Source: Spirochaetota bacterium (lineage in GTDB: Bacteria; Spirochaetota; UBA4802; JAFGDQ01). From it: a stretch of DNA of 64,000 bases. The stretch lies in contig JAZDKB010000004.1 in assembly GCA_043803405.1 (NCBI GenBank), positions 155,617 through 219,616 on the forward strand, written 5' to 3'. The translations under genes were made by a program, and so were the position numbers. Positions 30,039-40,411 of the stretch are shown here, piece by piece; within the stretch, counting starts at the first letter, position 1; every line of letters begins with the position of its first letter. The notes beneath the pieces were generated by a model. That model was not told where the DNA came from and made no database searches. It was given only the letters and a program-made list of their open reading frames with translations.

Positions 30039-30153
30039 CTGAAGTCTCCTTTTAATTGCTTAAATAATGCGGATATTTAATAAATTAATCAACGGCAATT
30101 ATATAACTTATTTTAAAAAAATCAAATATAAATATAAAGGAATCCATTAAGTA

Positions 30154-30957
30154 TTATTTTAAATATTTTAACGCGAACTTTTCAATGCCGGCCCAGGTAC
30201 GGTCCCTGACTTCCCTGATTCTCAGCTTATCTACTGTCAGGGTATCATAATTAAAATAACCGTCGTTAAGATAAAGCGAGGTTGAAATGGAAAGCCTGAG
30301 CATTGGTATTTTACCCTGGCCGTATGTTTCCAGAATGTATCCGTTGCTTTGAGGATTATTGATGGAAAATTTTTCAGAAACAGTACAGTCTTCACTGCCG
30401 AAGTATTTTTTAAAGGAGGAGAGGAAATTTTCGGCTGTTTCAACCGGGCAGGTTCGCATGCTCCTGATGTCGCCTTTAATTATATTTTCTATGTCGATCA
30501 GCGGCCTTGGCCTGCCTGCGTCTTTTGCGTGTCTTGGGCCGACCGGCATCATGGTACGACATTCGATTATAAGTTTAATATTCCCTGTTTTCAGGGCGTT
30601 TTGTATACTGTAGTGAAACGGACTATAGTATCTTTTTAGGATATTATAAATTGCGATATCGTCTGGGAATATTTTTTCTTTGAATATTTTTCTTCCGCCA
30701 GGCGATTCCTTTTTAATAACGCCATCCGGGAACTGCGGAGGAAGCATTGAACTCGGCCTGTCAGTGTCTATAAAAAGACGCGATATGTGCGTGCCAAATT
30801 TTGCCGCAGCATCTTCAAAGTTAAACAGATCGTTGGCAAAAGCATCGGATTCTATGAATATTCCGAACTCGTCTATTTGCTCATGCCCGGCAAGTTCATC
30901 CGGCACTGTTCGTCCGCCGTGCGGTATAATAATGAGTATAGGCAGTTTTGCTTTCAT
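30154..30957 (-). CDS. N-formylglutamate amidohydrolase family protein
   Basis: IPHGG, D..A..LF, SRLFIDTDR, YYSPFH. Confidence 0.75.
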   Translation of the reverse strand: MKAKLPILIIIPHGGRTVPDELAGHEQIDEFGIFIESDAFANDLFNFEDAAAKFGTHISRLFIDTDRPSSMLPPQFPDGVIKKESPGGRKIFKEKIFPDDIAIYNILKRYYSPFHYSIQNALKTGNIKLIIECRTMMPVGPRHAKDAGRPRPLIDIENIIKGDIRSMRTCPVETAENFLSSFKKYFGSEDCTVSEKFSINNPQSNGYILETYGQGKIPMLRLSISTSLYLNDGYFNYDTLTVDKLRIREVRDRTWAGIEKFALKYLK

Positions 30958-31056
30958 TTTCCTGGTGTAATGCCCGGCGCAAGGTTTTATATCTTATTCT
31001 TATTTTATTTATGGATTATTTAGTGAGATAGACTCTTATCTGTTTATTTAAAAAGC

Positions 31057-32553
31057 CTACATATATTTCGGCTTAGTATAGGAGTACATATCGTGCACTC
31101 CGCCTTCCATCTGGGCGGATACTGATCTGAGTTCGAACCTGAGTTCTCCGGCATATAATAGTCCGTGAAGTGTCGGGATGTCCTTTGCGCCCATATCCTG
31201 GAACGAGTGCTTTAACCCCTGTATCAGATACTGCACATAATCGAATAGCGATCCCTTGTCCATAACGGCTCCCGAAACTCCCTGGGCAACTTTAATTTTG
31301 CTGTCCTCTGCAAAGTATCTCTTTGCCCCGCCTTCTTTCATTGCTTCGAGCGAGGCCATGCCTCTGTATTTTTTAAGGCGTACGCCGTTTTCGTAAAAAT
31401 ATTCCCCCGGAGCTTCATCGGTTCCGGCAAACATGGAGCCCATCATAACGGTTGATGCTCCGAGCGCGAGTGCTTTTGCGATGTGCCCGATGTTGGCAAT
31501 GCCCCCGTCCGCAATTACCGGGACGCCGGTTTCTTTTGCGTACTTAGCGCATCTGTATATGGCGTTTGCCTGCGCCCTGCCCACAGCCATTGTTGTCTGT
31601 GTTGTGCAGATTGAGCCCGGGCCCATGCCTATGCGGAGCGCGTCTGCGCCTGCGCTGATAAGGTTTGCGCATTGGTCCTCGGTTACCACATTGCCGCAGA
31701 TAACGTCCAGTTCCGGATATCTCTTTTTAATATATTTCAGCATTTCTATCTGGAACACTGAGTTGCCCTGCGCGGAATCAATAATAATTACATTGACTCC
31801 TGCGCTTGCAAGCGCTTCCAGCCTGTCCTTCGATTCATCCCTTGTTGAAATGGAAGCGCCTACCATAAGCTGTTTTTTATTATCCTTGGATGCAAACGGA
31901 TATTCCCGGTTAGTGTGAAGGTCGTTCCTGCTCATTAAAGCTACAAGATTTCCATTCTTGTCTACAATGGGAAGCTTCCCCTTCTTCGATTTTTTCAGTA
32001 TCTCGTTTGCTTCTTTTAATGATATGCCTTCAAGGGCAGTTACAAGGTTGGTAGTCATTACTTCGCCGAGTCTTTTTTCCCTGTCTGTTTCAAAATCGAT
32101 ATCGCGGTTTGTGACTATTCCAAGAAGCTTTGAATTGAGCTTTCCGTTTTCAGTGATCGGTATACCGGAAAATCCGTATCTTTGCCTGATTTTATCTATT
32201 TCAGATATTTTGAAGTCAGGAGAAAGAACAATAGGATTGTTTATAAAACCGTTTTCATATCTTTTTACTTTTTTTATCTCAACAAATTGTTCTTCAATAG
32301 TGTTATTATAATGGATGAATCCGACGCCGCCCAGAAGGGCAAGTCCTATTGCCATTTTCGATTCGGTGACCGTATCCATTGGACTTGATGAAAGAGGTTT
32401 TTTTATTTTTATGTTCTTTGTAAGGTTTGTTTCAAGGGAAACGTCGTCGGGATTAAAGTCGATAAATCCCGGTAAAATAATGAAGTCGTCAAAGGCAAGT
32501 CCTTTATGTGATCCGAATATTTCCGCCGCCGAGCTGCCGTCTTTATTTGCCAT
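31057..32553 (-). CDS. guaB: IMP dehydrogenase (with CBS pair)
   Basis: [20 protein letters not shown] (catalytic Cys), IADGG, YRGM. Confidence 0.97.
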   Translation of the reverse strand: MANKDGSSAAEIFGSHKGLAFDDFIILPGFIDFNPDDVSLETNLTKNIKIKKPLSSSPMDTVTESKMAIGLALLGGVGFIHYNNTIEEQFVEIKKVKRYENGFINNPIVLSPDFKISEIDKIRQRYGFSGIPITENGKLNSKLLGIVTNRDIDFETDREKRLGEVMTTNLVTALEGISLKEANEILKKSKKGKLPIVDKNGNLVALMSRNDLHTNREYPFASKDNKKQLMVGASISTRDESKDRLEALASAGVNVIIIDSAQGNSVFQIEMLKYIKKRYPELDVICGNVVTEDQCANLISAGADALRIGMGPGSICTTQTTMAVGRAQANAIYRCAKYAKETGVPVIADGGIANIGHIAKALALGASTVMMGSMFAGTDEAPGEYFYENGVRLKKYRGMASLEAMKEGGAKRYFAEDSKIKVAQGVSGAVMDKGSLFDYVQYLIQGLKHSFQDMGAKDIPTLHGLLYAGELRFELRSVSAQMEGGVHDMYSYTKPKYM

Positions 32554-32768
32554 GTGAAATACCCCTGGTTTAAACTGTTAATTTTGATATAAAGTAATAA
32601 CTTATTTTTAAAAATTCAAGCAAAAATATATAAAATAAGCAATAGACAGGAAGCTTGTTTATTGTGCAATTATTTTATGTTGACACATGTAAGGAATATT
32701 TTAAGTTTTTAATAACGATGATATTATTATCATAAAGAAATTAGATTGTTATTCTGATAACAGCAATA

Positions 32769-32967
32769 TAAACTGAAGATTATCAGAATTCATCTTAAAA
32801 AACCGATGCTTTAAAAATTAGATAGACTTAATAAAAATTTCCTGCGGAACTCGGACAACACTTGGAAAAACTCAAACAGTCCTCGAAAATTTTTATTAAG
32901 TCTATCTAATTTGAACATCGCAAACTATTTACAACTTAAAGATGAGTTTTGATTATGTTTCGGCTTA
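32769..32967. mobile_element. ~200-bp multiply nested inverted-repeat element (MITE-like or structured RNA)
   Basis: Perfect inverted repeat AATTAGATAGACTTAATAAAAATTT (32816-32840) / 32887-32911, plus outer arms CGATG/CATCG and ATCAGAATTCATCTT/AAGATGAGTTTTGAT. Confidence 0.6.
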
Positions 32968-33092
32968 GTACATGTTTCAGTAGGCGTCAAATATCAGTAT
33001 AAATGCTCTCGTTAGAGCATAGATAAAATATCTATTTAAATAGGTGCTTACTACATCTGATTAGCTATTATTTATATAAGAGGGATATTTTT

Positions 33093-34211
33093 ATGCAAAG
33101 GAAATTTATCGTTTTTATTTTATCTGTGCTGGTTGTAATTATCTGTTCCGGCGGACTGCATGCGGCTGATACAATAAAACTGGGAGTTGCGGGCGCGCAT
33201 AGCGGGGACCTTGCGTCCTACGGTATTCCGTCTGTGCATGCGGCCGAGCTGGTAGTGGAAGCAGTTAATGCAAAGGGAGGCATACTCGGAAAAAAAGTTG
33301 AGCTTTTAATAGAGGATGATGCATGCAAGCCGGAAATATCGACCAATACTGCAACAAAGCTGATATCCAGGGGAGCTAAAGTGGTCATGGGGCATATATG
33401 CAGCGGCGCCACTAAATCGGCTCTGGGAATTTATAAAGACTCGAAAATAATATGCATGTCCCCGTCTGCGACCAATCCTCCGCTTACAAAAAGCGGCGAG
33501 TATCCTAACTTTTTCAGGACAATAAGCCCGGACGATGCGCAGGCGCGGCTTGAGGTTAATTTTGCCGTCAATGTTCTTAAGCTCAGAAGGATAGCTGTTA
33601 TACACGACAAGGGGGATTACGGCAAAGGCCTTTCTGAATTCGCGAAGGATTTTATCGAGAAATCCGGAAAGGCAAGGGTTGTGCTTTACGAAGGAGTGAC
33701 CCCGGGCGCTGTGGATTACTCTGCGGTTGTGCAAAAGATAAGGCATTCCGGCGCAGAAGGCATAATATACGGCGGTTATCATCCGGAAGCTGCAAAAATT
33801 ATAATGCAGATAAAAATTAAAAGAATGAATGTTCATTTTATTTCAGATGATGGAGTAAAGGATGACACATTTATAAAAGTGGCCGGCAAATATTCCGAAG
33901 GGGTATACGCGACAGGCCCTAAGGACACATCAAAAAATTCGCTTGCGCTGAAAGCCGCAAAGGATCACAGGGCGAAATACGGTTCAGATTATGGCGCATT
34001 TTTTCTGAATGCTTATGCTGCAACGCAGGCCCTGCTTAACGCAATTCAGAAAGCAGGCAGCACCGATTACAATGCCGTGTCCAAAGCGTTAAGAAAAGAA
34101 TATGTTGAAACTCCCCTTGGCAAAATAAGTTTTGATAAACGCGGAGATGCGATCGGAGTCGGTATCTCTATGTACCAGGTTAAGAACGGGGTTTATGTGG
34201 AAGTAAAATAA
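33093..34211 (+). CDS. livK: Branched-chain amino acid ABC transporter substrate-binding protein
   Basis: EDDAC, GHICSG, SATNP, FFRT, HDKGDYGKGL. Confidence 0.88.
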   Translation: MQRKFIVFILSVLVVIICSGGLHAADTIKLGVAGAHSGDLASYGIPSVHAAELVVEAVNAKGGILGKKVELLIEDDACKPEISTNTATKLISRGAKVVMGHICSGATKSALGIYKDSKIICMSPSATNPPLTKSGEYPNFFRTISPDDAQARLEVNFAVNVLKLRRIAVIHDKGDYGKGLSEFAKDFIEKSGKARVVLYEGVTPGAVDYSAVVQKIRHSGAEGIIYGGYHPEAAKIIMQIKIKRMNVHFISDDGVKDDTFIKVAGKYSEGVYATGPKDTSKNSLALKAAKDHRAKYGSDYGAFFLNAYAATQALLNAIQKAGSTDYNAVSKALRKEYVETPLGKISFDKRGDAIGVGISMYQVKNGVYVEVK

Positions 34212-34245
34212 ATGCTGGGGCCACGGGAATTAATAATATAAAATA

Positions 34246-35148
34246 ATGGATTATTTTTTTGAAATATTTTTGGGAGGAATGATAAGAGGGAGCATATACG
34301 CGCTCATTGCTCTCGGTTATACCATGGTTTACGGAATAATCGAGCTTATCAACTTTGCCCACGGCGAGATATACATGATAGGCGCTTTTACTGCCCTTAT
34401 CGCCGCAAGCGTTTTTGGCCTGTTGGGCTTCAGCGCTCCTGTCATATTTATCCTTGCCCTTGTGCTTGCGGTTATATATTCATGCTGCTACGGTTTTACT
34501 ATGGAGAAGATCGCATACAAGCCGCTTCGGTCTGCACCCAGGCTATCGCCGCTTATAAGCGCGATCGGGATGTCCCTATTTCTTCAGAATTACGTTCTGC
34601 TCGCGCAGACGTCCGATTTTCTCCCGTTCCCAAAGCTGATCCCCGACCTCGAATTTATGGAGCCCTATGCACACATTATTACTACTCAGGGAGCGGCCAT
34701 CCTTGTTGCTACTGCGGTAGTGATGATATTGCTTAGTGTTCTTATCAAGTTTACTAAGATAGGCAAAGCAATGCGGGCCGCTTCGCAGGACAAGATTATG
34801 GCTTCGCTATCCGGTGTTAATGTAAACCGCGTTATATCAATAACGTTTATTATAGGCTCAGCTGCTGCGGCAATTGGCGGGCTGTTTATTGCTTCACATA
34901 TAGGAATGATTAATTTTTATATAGGGTTTATCGCGGGGATAAAAGCTTTTGTAGCTGCCGTGCTGGGCGGAATCGGCAGCATCCCGGGCGCTGTTCTGGG
35001 CAGTTTTATTCTCGGATGGACCGAGAGTTTTGCGACAGGTTATGTTTCCAGCGATTACGAGGATGTGTTTGCTTTTCTTTTATTGGTGCTTATCCTGATT
35101 TTCAGGCCGGCGGGCATTCTGGGCAGAAAAGAACACAAGAAAGTGTAG
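34246..35148 (+). CDS. livH: Branched-chain amino acid ABC transporter permease
   Basis: ALGYTMVYGIIELINFAHGE, KAFVAAVLGGIGS. Confidence 0.92.
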   Translation: MDYFFEIFLGGMIRGSIYALIALGYTMVYGIIELINFAHGEIYMIGAFTALIAASVFGLLGFSAPVIFILALVLAVIYSCCYGFTMEKIAYKPLRSAPRLSPLISAIGMSLFLQNYVLLAQTSDFLPFPKLIPDLEFMEPYAHIITTQGAAILVATAVVMILLSVLIKFTKIGKAMRAASQDKIMASLSGVNVNRVISITFIIGSAAAAIGGLFIASHIGMINFYIGFIAGIKAFVAAVLGGIGSIPGAVLGSFILGWTESFATGYVSSDYEDVFAFLLLVLILIFRPAGILGRKEHKKV

Positions 35149-35163
35149 GGATTTATTTTTACT

Positions 35164-36372
35164 ATGTTAAATATTTCAGAAATAAAAAAGTCTTTGCTGG
35201 CATCTCTCTGGTTTGTTTTCCTTACGTTTCCCATTATGGTAGTTCGCGTTAGCACTGTGGAAAAAACAGTGGAATGGCGCTGGCACAATATGATCATTAT
35301 CGCAGTATCCGCTTTTATATTATCTTTCGTATGGCGATATATGCTGAAACGAAAAGAGTCAAAAGTAAAAAAGGAAGATGTCGCAGCAGGTATTAAACCG
35401 TCTTTTATAATGCAGCTTTTTGCGAATAAAAAATTCAGCATTCCGGGCTTAGTATTTCTTTGCGTCTTTGCGGTTATATTTCCTAATATCTTTTCAACAT
35501 ACCAGACTAATATTATGATATCGGCTCTTATTTATATTATGCTCGGCCTGGGGCTTAATATTGTTGTCGGGATGGCCGGACTACTGGTGCTGGGCTATGC
35601 CGCGTTTTTTGCGGCAGGCGCTTATGCATACGCGCTCCTCAATTTTCATTACGGATTAGGCTTCTGGGCTGTTCTTCCTGTGGGAGCCGGGCTGGGTGCT
35701 CTGTTCGGCATTCTTCTTGGATTACCTGTGCTGAGGCTCCGGGGGGATTATCTTGCAATTGTCACTCTTGCTTTCGGAGAGATCATCCGGATAATACTTG
35801 AGAACTGGAATGAGTTTTCATTCGGGCCGAGCGGAATATCCAATATAGCGAGGCCTTCACTTTTCGGCATATCCATGCCGGTCAGCGCATCTACAGTATA
35901 TATCTATTACATTATGATTGTCCTTTGCCTGATTACGGTCGTTGTGGTCAGAAGGCTGCGTGACTCGCGGATAGGACGCGCATGGATGGCTCTGCGCGAG
36001 GACGAGATCGCCTGCCAGGCAATGGGCATAGACAAGACGAAAACAAAGCTTTCCGCGTTCGCGCTCGGTTCCACATGGGCAGGCATGGCAGGCGTTGTGT
36101 TCGCTGCAAAGACTACATTCGTGAACCCGGCGAGCTTCACTATATGGGAGTCGATCATTATACTTTGTATAGTTGTACTCGGAGGCATGGGCTCGGTCGT
36201 TGGTGTAATTTTGGGCGCGCTAGTTTTAATACTGGTGCCCGAGTATCTGAGGGCATTCTCGGAGTACAGGATGCTTGTTTTCGGGCTTATGCTTGTACTT
36301 ATGATGGTCTTCCGGCCTAACGGCATTATCGGCAGCGTAAGGCGCGTTTATCATTTTAACAGACAATTATAA
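35164..36372 (+). CDS. livM: Branched-chain amino acid ABC transporter permease
   Basis: LRLRGDYLAIVTLAFGEI, ALREDEIA, VVLGGMGS. Confidence 0.92.
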   Translation: MLNISEIKKSLLASLWFVFLTFPIMVVRVSTVEKTVEWRWHNMIIIAVSAFILSFVWRYMLKRKESKVKKEDVAAGIKPSFIMQLFANKKFSIPGLVFLCVFAVIFPNIFSTYQTNIMISALIYIMLGLGLNIVVGMAGLLVLGYAAFFAAGAYAYALLNFHYGLGFWAVLPVGAGLGALFGILLGLPVLRLRGDYLAIVTLAFGEIIRIILENWNEFSFGPSGISNIARPSLFGISMPVSASTVYIYYIMIVLCLITVVVVRRLRDSRIGRAWMALREDEIACQAMGIDKTKTKLSAFALGSTWAGMAGVVFAAKTTFVNPASFTIWESIIILCIVVLGGMGSVVGVILGALVLILVPEYLRAFSEYRMLVFGLMLVLMMVFRPNGIIGSVRRVYHFNRQL

Positions 36373-36382
36373 ACACAGCTAT

Positions 36383-36880
36383 TTACTGTACACGCTGAAT
36401 TGCAGCATCGGTGCCTATCTTCAATAAAGTTTTGAAATTTTCCGGGTCCACCGTATAAATAATTGCAAACGAAGTAATAAATATAATTACCGACAGCCAT
36501 TTAGTATATATCCCGTTAGTCCGCAGAAATAATACCACTGAAAGTACGGCCATTACTGCAGGAGCGACAACCTTTACATCGCCAAGCGGGACATTATATG
36601 AAAGAAGGTATGTTTCGGATTTCCCCAGAAATTTTGCCAGGTCGAAATTAATATTAAAACCAAGCAGAACTATTTCCAGTATAAAAATTACAAGAAGAAT
36701 AATGGATGCGGCTTTTGTGGACTCGCCTTCTGTCCTGTAAACTTCATAAACAACAGCCGGAATTAAAAATATCGTTATAATCAATGCGCTGGATCTCAGT
36801 AAGCCGATTATAATTCCAATAAGAGCTAAGACACTTAAAACAGCACAGATTAAAGCAGCGTTTTTTGTTGGTTTTGGCAT
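36383..36880 (-). CDS. hypothetical integral membrane protein
   Basis: About five hydrophobic segments; GAGG RBS upstream. Confidence 0.7.
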   Translation of the reverse strand: MPKPTKNAALICAVLSVLALIGIIIGLLRSSALIITIFLIPAVVYEVYRTEGESTKAASIILLVIFILEIVLLGFNINFDLAKFLGKSETYLLSYNVPLGDVKVVAPAVMAVLSVVLFLRTNGIYTKWLSVIIFITSFAIIYTVDPENFKTLLKIGTDAAIQRVQ

Positions 36881-37092
36881 AAATGACCTCTTTGATATTA
36901 TTTAATCATTATCATTTTAATTCGTGTCCTGCAATAAAATAAATTTTACTGATCAGCAAATGGAAATCAAGCAATTATTTAGTCTTTGTCTATTATGAAT
37001 TTCTGTTGACTTTCCATGTTTAAAAATAAAATATAATAATCTTCAGTACCTTCATAAAGATTTATTAAAAAAATTATTAAAGGAGTAATTAT

Positions 37093-37542
37093 ATGATATG
37101 TAGAAGCATGGCGTTCATTATTTTTATTTCTTTTTTTATGGTTGAGATTACTTTCGGTCATCCGGGTAGAACCGACAAGGATGGGGGACACTGGGATCAT
37201 CAGAAGAAAGAATATCATTACCATAAAGACGGCAAAGAAGTTGTCGATAAATCGAAGAGCAAAGATTATGACAAGTTATCATCTTCTGATAAAGGCGATA
37301 AAGAAGTAAAGGAAAAGAAAGAAAAAAAAGACAAGAAAGATAAGAAAGAAGAAAAGACGGAAAAGAAAGTAAAAGAAGATAAAGAGAAACCAAAAAAAGA
37401 CAAGGGTAAAGATAAAGAAGAGAAAGCAGAAAAAAAAGAAAAAGTAAAGAAAGATAAGCCAAAGAAAGAAGAAGCAAAGAAAGAGAAGAAAGAAACTAAA
37501 AAGAAAGATACAAAGAAGAAAGATAAAAAAGAAAAAGAATAA
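37093..37542 (+). CDS. YHYH-domain secreted protein with Lys/Glu-rich low-complexity tail
   Basis: Signal peptide, then HPGRTDKDGGH...YHYH; AGGAG RBS. Confidence 0.75.
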   Translation: MICRSMAFIIFISFFMVEITFGHPGRTDKDGGHWDHQKKEYHYHKDGKEVVDKSKSKDYDKLSSSDKGDKEVKEKKEKKDKKDKKEEKTEKKVKEDKEKPKKDKGKDKEEKAEKKEKVKKDKPKKEEAKKEKKETKKKDTKKKDKKEKE

Positions 37543-37563
37543 TATATATTAAATCCTTATTGC

Positions 37564-37836
37564 GAGCAGAAGCAAGAAGTATCCGAGCGGAAGCGAGATG
37601 TATCTGAGTGGAAGCGAGAAGTATCTGAGCGGAAGCAAGATGTATCTGAGCGGAAGCAAGATGTATCTGAGCGGAAGCAAGATGTATCCGAGCGGAAGCA
37701 AGATGTATCCGGGCAGAAGCAAGATGTATCTGAGCGGAAGCGAGAAGTATCTGAGCGGAAGCAAGATGTATCCGAGCGGAAGCAAGATGTATCCGAGCGG
37801 AAGCAAGATGTATCCGAGCAGAAGCAAGATGTATCC
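37564..37836. repeat. 21-bp tandem repeat, 13 units
   Basis: Consensus GAGCGGAAGCAAGATGTATC(C/T), head-to-tail with no spacers. Confidence 0.95.
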
Positions 37837-37943
37837 AGGATAAAGCAAAATATATATTCGCCGGGAGATATGCCAACACATCTTCCGGCGAAAAGTTGTT
37901 ATTTTACTTGTAGAATTCGTATAAAGAAATAATTTTTGCTATT

Positions 37944-38735
37944 ATGGGAACCATTCTTGAAGTTAAAAACCTGTCTATGGATTTCGGTGGTATAAGGGCA
38001 CTGGACAGCCTTTCCATGTCTGTGAACGAAAGAGAGATTGTTGCTCTTATCGGACCGAACGGGGCAGGGAAGACCACTTTTTTCAATTGTGTAACAGGAA
38101 TATACGAACCTACAGGAGGTGATATTTATATAAGCCCTCCTGAAAAAAATAAGACATATCATACAAATAAATTTAAACCTAACCATGTAACTGAACACGG
38201 CCTGGCACGCACATTCCAGAACATCAGGCTTTTTCAGAATATGACTGTTCTGGAAAATGTCATGATTGGCCGTCATTCAAAAAGCCACTCGGGCATACTA
38301 AGTTCAATTTTAAGAACTTCATCACAGCGTAAAGAAGAAAAAGAAATTATCGAAAAAAGCTATTTTATTCTTGAGAGGATCGGCCTGGGAAAATACGCGG
38401 ATGAATTCGCGAAGAACCTGCCGTACGGGCTCCAACGCCGTCTCGAAATCGCGCGCGCAATGGCGACCGAACCGTTCCTTCTGCTTCTTGATGAACCTGC
38501 TGCAGGGATGAATAATTCCGAAACAAAAGAACTGGATGAACTGATTAAGGATATAAGAGACAATGAAAAAATATCTATTCTTCTTATTGAACATGACATG
38601 AAACTTGTTATGAGTATTTCGGACAGGATAGTGGTGCTTGATTACGGAGAAAAAATAGCTGAAGGCACTCCTGATGATATAAAGAGCAACAGGGATGTTA
38701 TTATAGCGTATCTCGGGGAAGAAGCGGATGCTTAA
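37944..38735 (+). CDS. livG: Branched-chain amino acid ABC transporter ATP-binding protein
   Basis: GPNGAGKTT, ARTFQNIRLF, LPYG.QRRLEIARA, LLLDEPAAG. Confidence 0.92.
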   Translation: MGTILEVKNLSMDFGGIRALDSLSMSVNEREIVALIGPNGAGKTTFFNCVTGIYEPTGGDIYISPPEKNKTYHTNKFKPNHVTEHGLARTFQNIRLFQNMTVLENVMIGRHSKSHSGILSSILRTSSQRKEEKEIIEKSYFILERIGLGKYADEFAKNLPYGLQRRLEIARAMATEPFLLLLDEPAAGMNNSETKELDELIKDIRDNEKISILLIEHDMKLVMSISDRIVVLDYGEKIAEGTPDDIKSNRDVIIAYLGEEADA

Positions 38736-39435
38736 TGTAAGAAATATTCATACATACTATGGCAAGATTTATGCGCTTAAAGATGTGAGCATTGAAGTGC
38801 CGCCCGGAAAGATCGTTGCTCTTATAGGCGCAAACGGCGCAGGAAAATCTACAACTCTTATGTCTGTTTCCGGCATTGTGCCGCCGAAATCCGGCCATAT
38901 AATTTTTGACGGAGTCGACATTACAGGTATGCCTCCGGAGAAAATTACCGCGCTCGGTATTTCGCAGGTCCCGGAAGGGAGACGGATTTTTCCTTATCTT
39001 ACTGTGTCCGAGAATCTTGACATGGGAGCTTTTCTGCGAAAGGATGCGAATGGCATTAAATCCGATATGGATTATGTATTCGGGCTGTTCCCGATTCTTT
39101 CTAAAAGGCGCCATCAGCAGGGAGGCACATTAAGCGGAGGCGAGCAGCAAATGCTCGCGATTTCGCGCGCCCTTATGGCGCGTCCTAAACTTCTCCTTCT
39201 GGATGAACCGTCCCTCGGGCTCGCGCCGATTGTCGTGAGGCAGATATTCGATATCATAAAGAAAATAAATACTGAATATAAAACTACGGTATTTCTTGTT
39301 GAGCAGAACGCGAACCTTGCGCTTAAGGTTGCCAGCCATGGCTATGTAATGGAGAACGGCTCAGTAACAATGGCCGATACATCCTCCAGCCTGCTCGCGG
39401 ACGAAGACGTTAAGCGCGCTTATCTGGGGATCTGA
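38728..39435 (+). CDS. livF: Branched-chain amino acid ABC transporter ATP-binding protein
   Basis: GANGAGKST, PEGRRIF, LSGGEQQMLAI, VEQN. Confidence 0.92.
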   Translation: MLNVRNIHTYYGKIYALKDVSIEVPPGKIVALIGANGAGKSTTLMSVSGIVPPKSGHIIFDGVDITGMPPEKITALGISQVPEGRRIFPYLTVSENLDMGAFLRKDANGIKSDMDYVFGLFPILSKRRHQQGGTLSGGEQQMLAISRALMARPKLLLLDEPSLGLAPIVVRQIFDIIKKINTEYKTTVFLVEQNANLALKVASHGYVMENGSVTMADTSSSLLADEDVKRAYLGI

Positions 39436-39443
39436 GAAAAGAT

Positions 39444-40034
39444 ATGGAAATAACGCAGTCTTCAGGGCAGATAAAATTAGATGCGCAGGTTTCGCGTTTT
39501 CTTGAAGATGCGCGCGAATCGTGGTCGGACTGGAACGTGTCGCCAAAAGACGGGAAAATACTTTACGATCTTGTGATAAGCGGCGGTTTTAAAAATATAG
39601 TCGATATCGGCACATCGACCGGGCATTCCGCGATCTGGCTTGCATGGGCAGCAGCAAAGACGGGCGGGAAGGTTTTTACGATTGAAGCGCACAAAGAGCG
39701 CTTTGATATTGCGCTCGAAAACTTTAGAAAATCCGGTGTTATGGGTTATATCGATGCCCGCTTCGGCAATGGACACGATCTTGTTCCGGTTATCGAAGGG
39801 CCGGTCGACTTTGTTTTTTGCGATGCGGACAAAGACTGGTATCTTAATTATTTTCAAATTCTTGAACAGAAGATAGTTGTTAACGGCTGCTTTGCCGCGC
39901 ACAATGTGCTCTGGGCAGGGCATTCGAAGATAAATCTGTTTCTCGGATATTTAAAAAAGAATCCGGCTTATCATACTTATCTGGAAAAAGGCAGCGGGGA
40001 AGGGATATCGGTAAGCCGCAGGATGAAAGAGTAA
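39444..40034 (+). CDS. Class I SAM-dependent O-methyltransferase
   Basis: DIGTSTGHS, DFVFCDADK, AHNV. Confidence 0.88.
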   Translation: MEITQSSGQIKLDAQVSRFLEDARESWSDWNVSPKDGKILYDLVISGGFKNIVDIGTSTGHSAIWLAWAAAKTGGKVFTIEAHKERFDIALENFRKSGVMGYIDARFGNGHDLVPVIEGPVDFVFCDADKDWYLNYFQILEQKIVVNGCFAAHNVLWAGHSKINLFLGYLKKNPAYHTYLEKGSGEGISVSRRMKE

Positions 40035-40041
40035 ACCAACA

Positions 40042-40404
40042 ATGAAAACATGTAAACGCAGGGGCTATTGCTGTCAGGACGTGAGGCTTGCGGAGCCGCC
40101 TGATATGCTTGAACGCGCATATAATTACTGGAAGAAGATTAAATCGATAGACCCGGAGTTTTCCGAGATATATTTAATTTACCCGATGCTCGAATTTAAG
40201 CACGAAAATCCAGAAGAAGATTTGCCCTATCATTACAGGTGCAAGCATTTTTCGCATGATGCCGACGGTTTACCTGCTTGTTCGATTTACGAGATAAGGC
40301 CGCGTATGTGCCGCGACTTTCCGTATTACGAGGATGTAAAGTCGCTGGACAGGGATGAGCCACTCAGCCCGTACGAAGGCTGCGGCTATAATGACCCGGA
40401 TTAG
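40042..40404 (+). CDS. YkgJ family cysteine-cluster protein
   Basis: CxxxGxCC start and CSIYEIRPRMCRDFP. Confidence 0.8.
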   Translation: MKTCKRRGYCCQDVRLAEPPDMLERAYNYWKKIKSIDPEFSEIYLIYPMLEFKHENPEEDLPYHYRCKHFSHDADGLPACSIYEIRPRMCRDFPYYEDVKSLDRDEPLSPYEGCGYNDPD

Positions 40405-40411
40405 AATTAGA

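Noticed and set aside
37148..37477. Hydrophobic Leu/Ser/Phe-rich minus-strand ORF
   Set aside because: It is the antisense shadow of the Lys/Glu-rich tail of the YHYH protein.
37564..37836. CRISPR array
   Set aside because: The units are head-to-tail 21-mers with no unique spacers, and there are no cas genes in the window.
37496..37881. Repeat-derived ORFs (LASARIH)n, (PLRYILL)n, (MYLSGSK)n as genes
   Set aside because: Open frames are expected from a 21-bp unit lacking stops; they have no convincing RBS, so they are not annotated as CDS.
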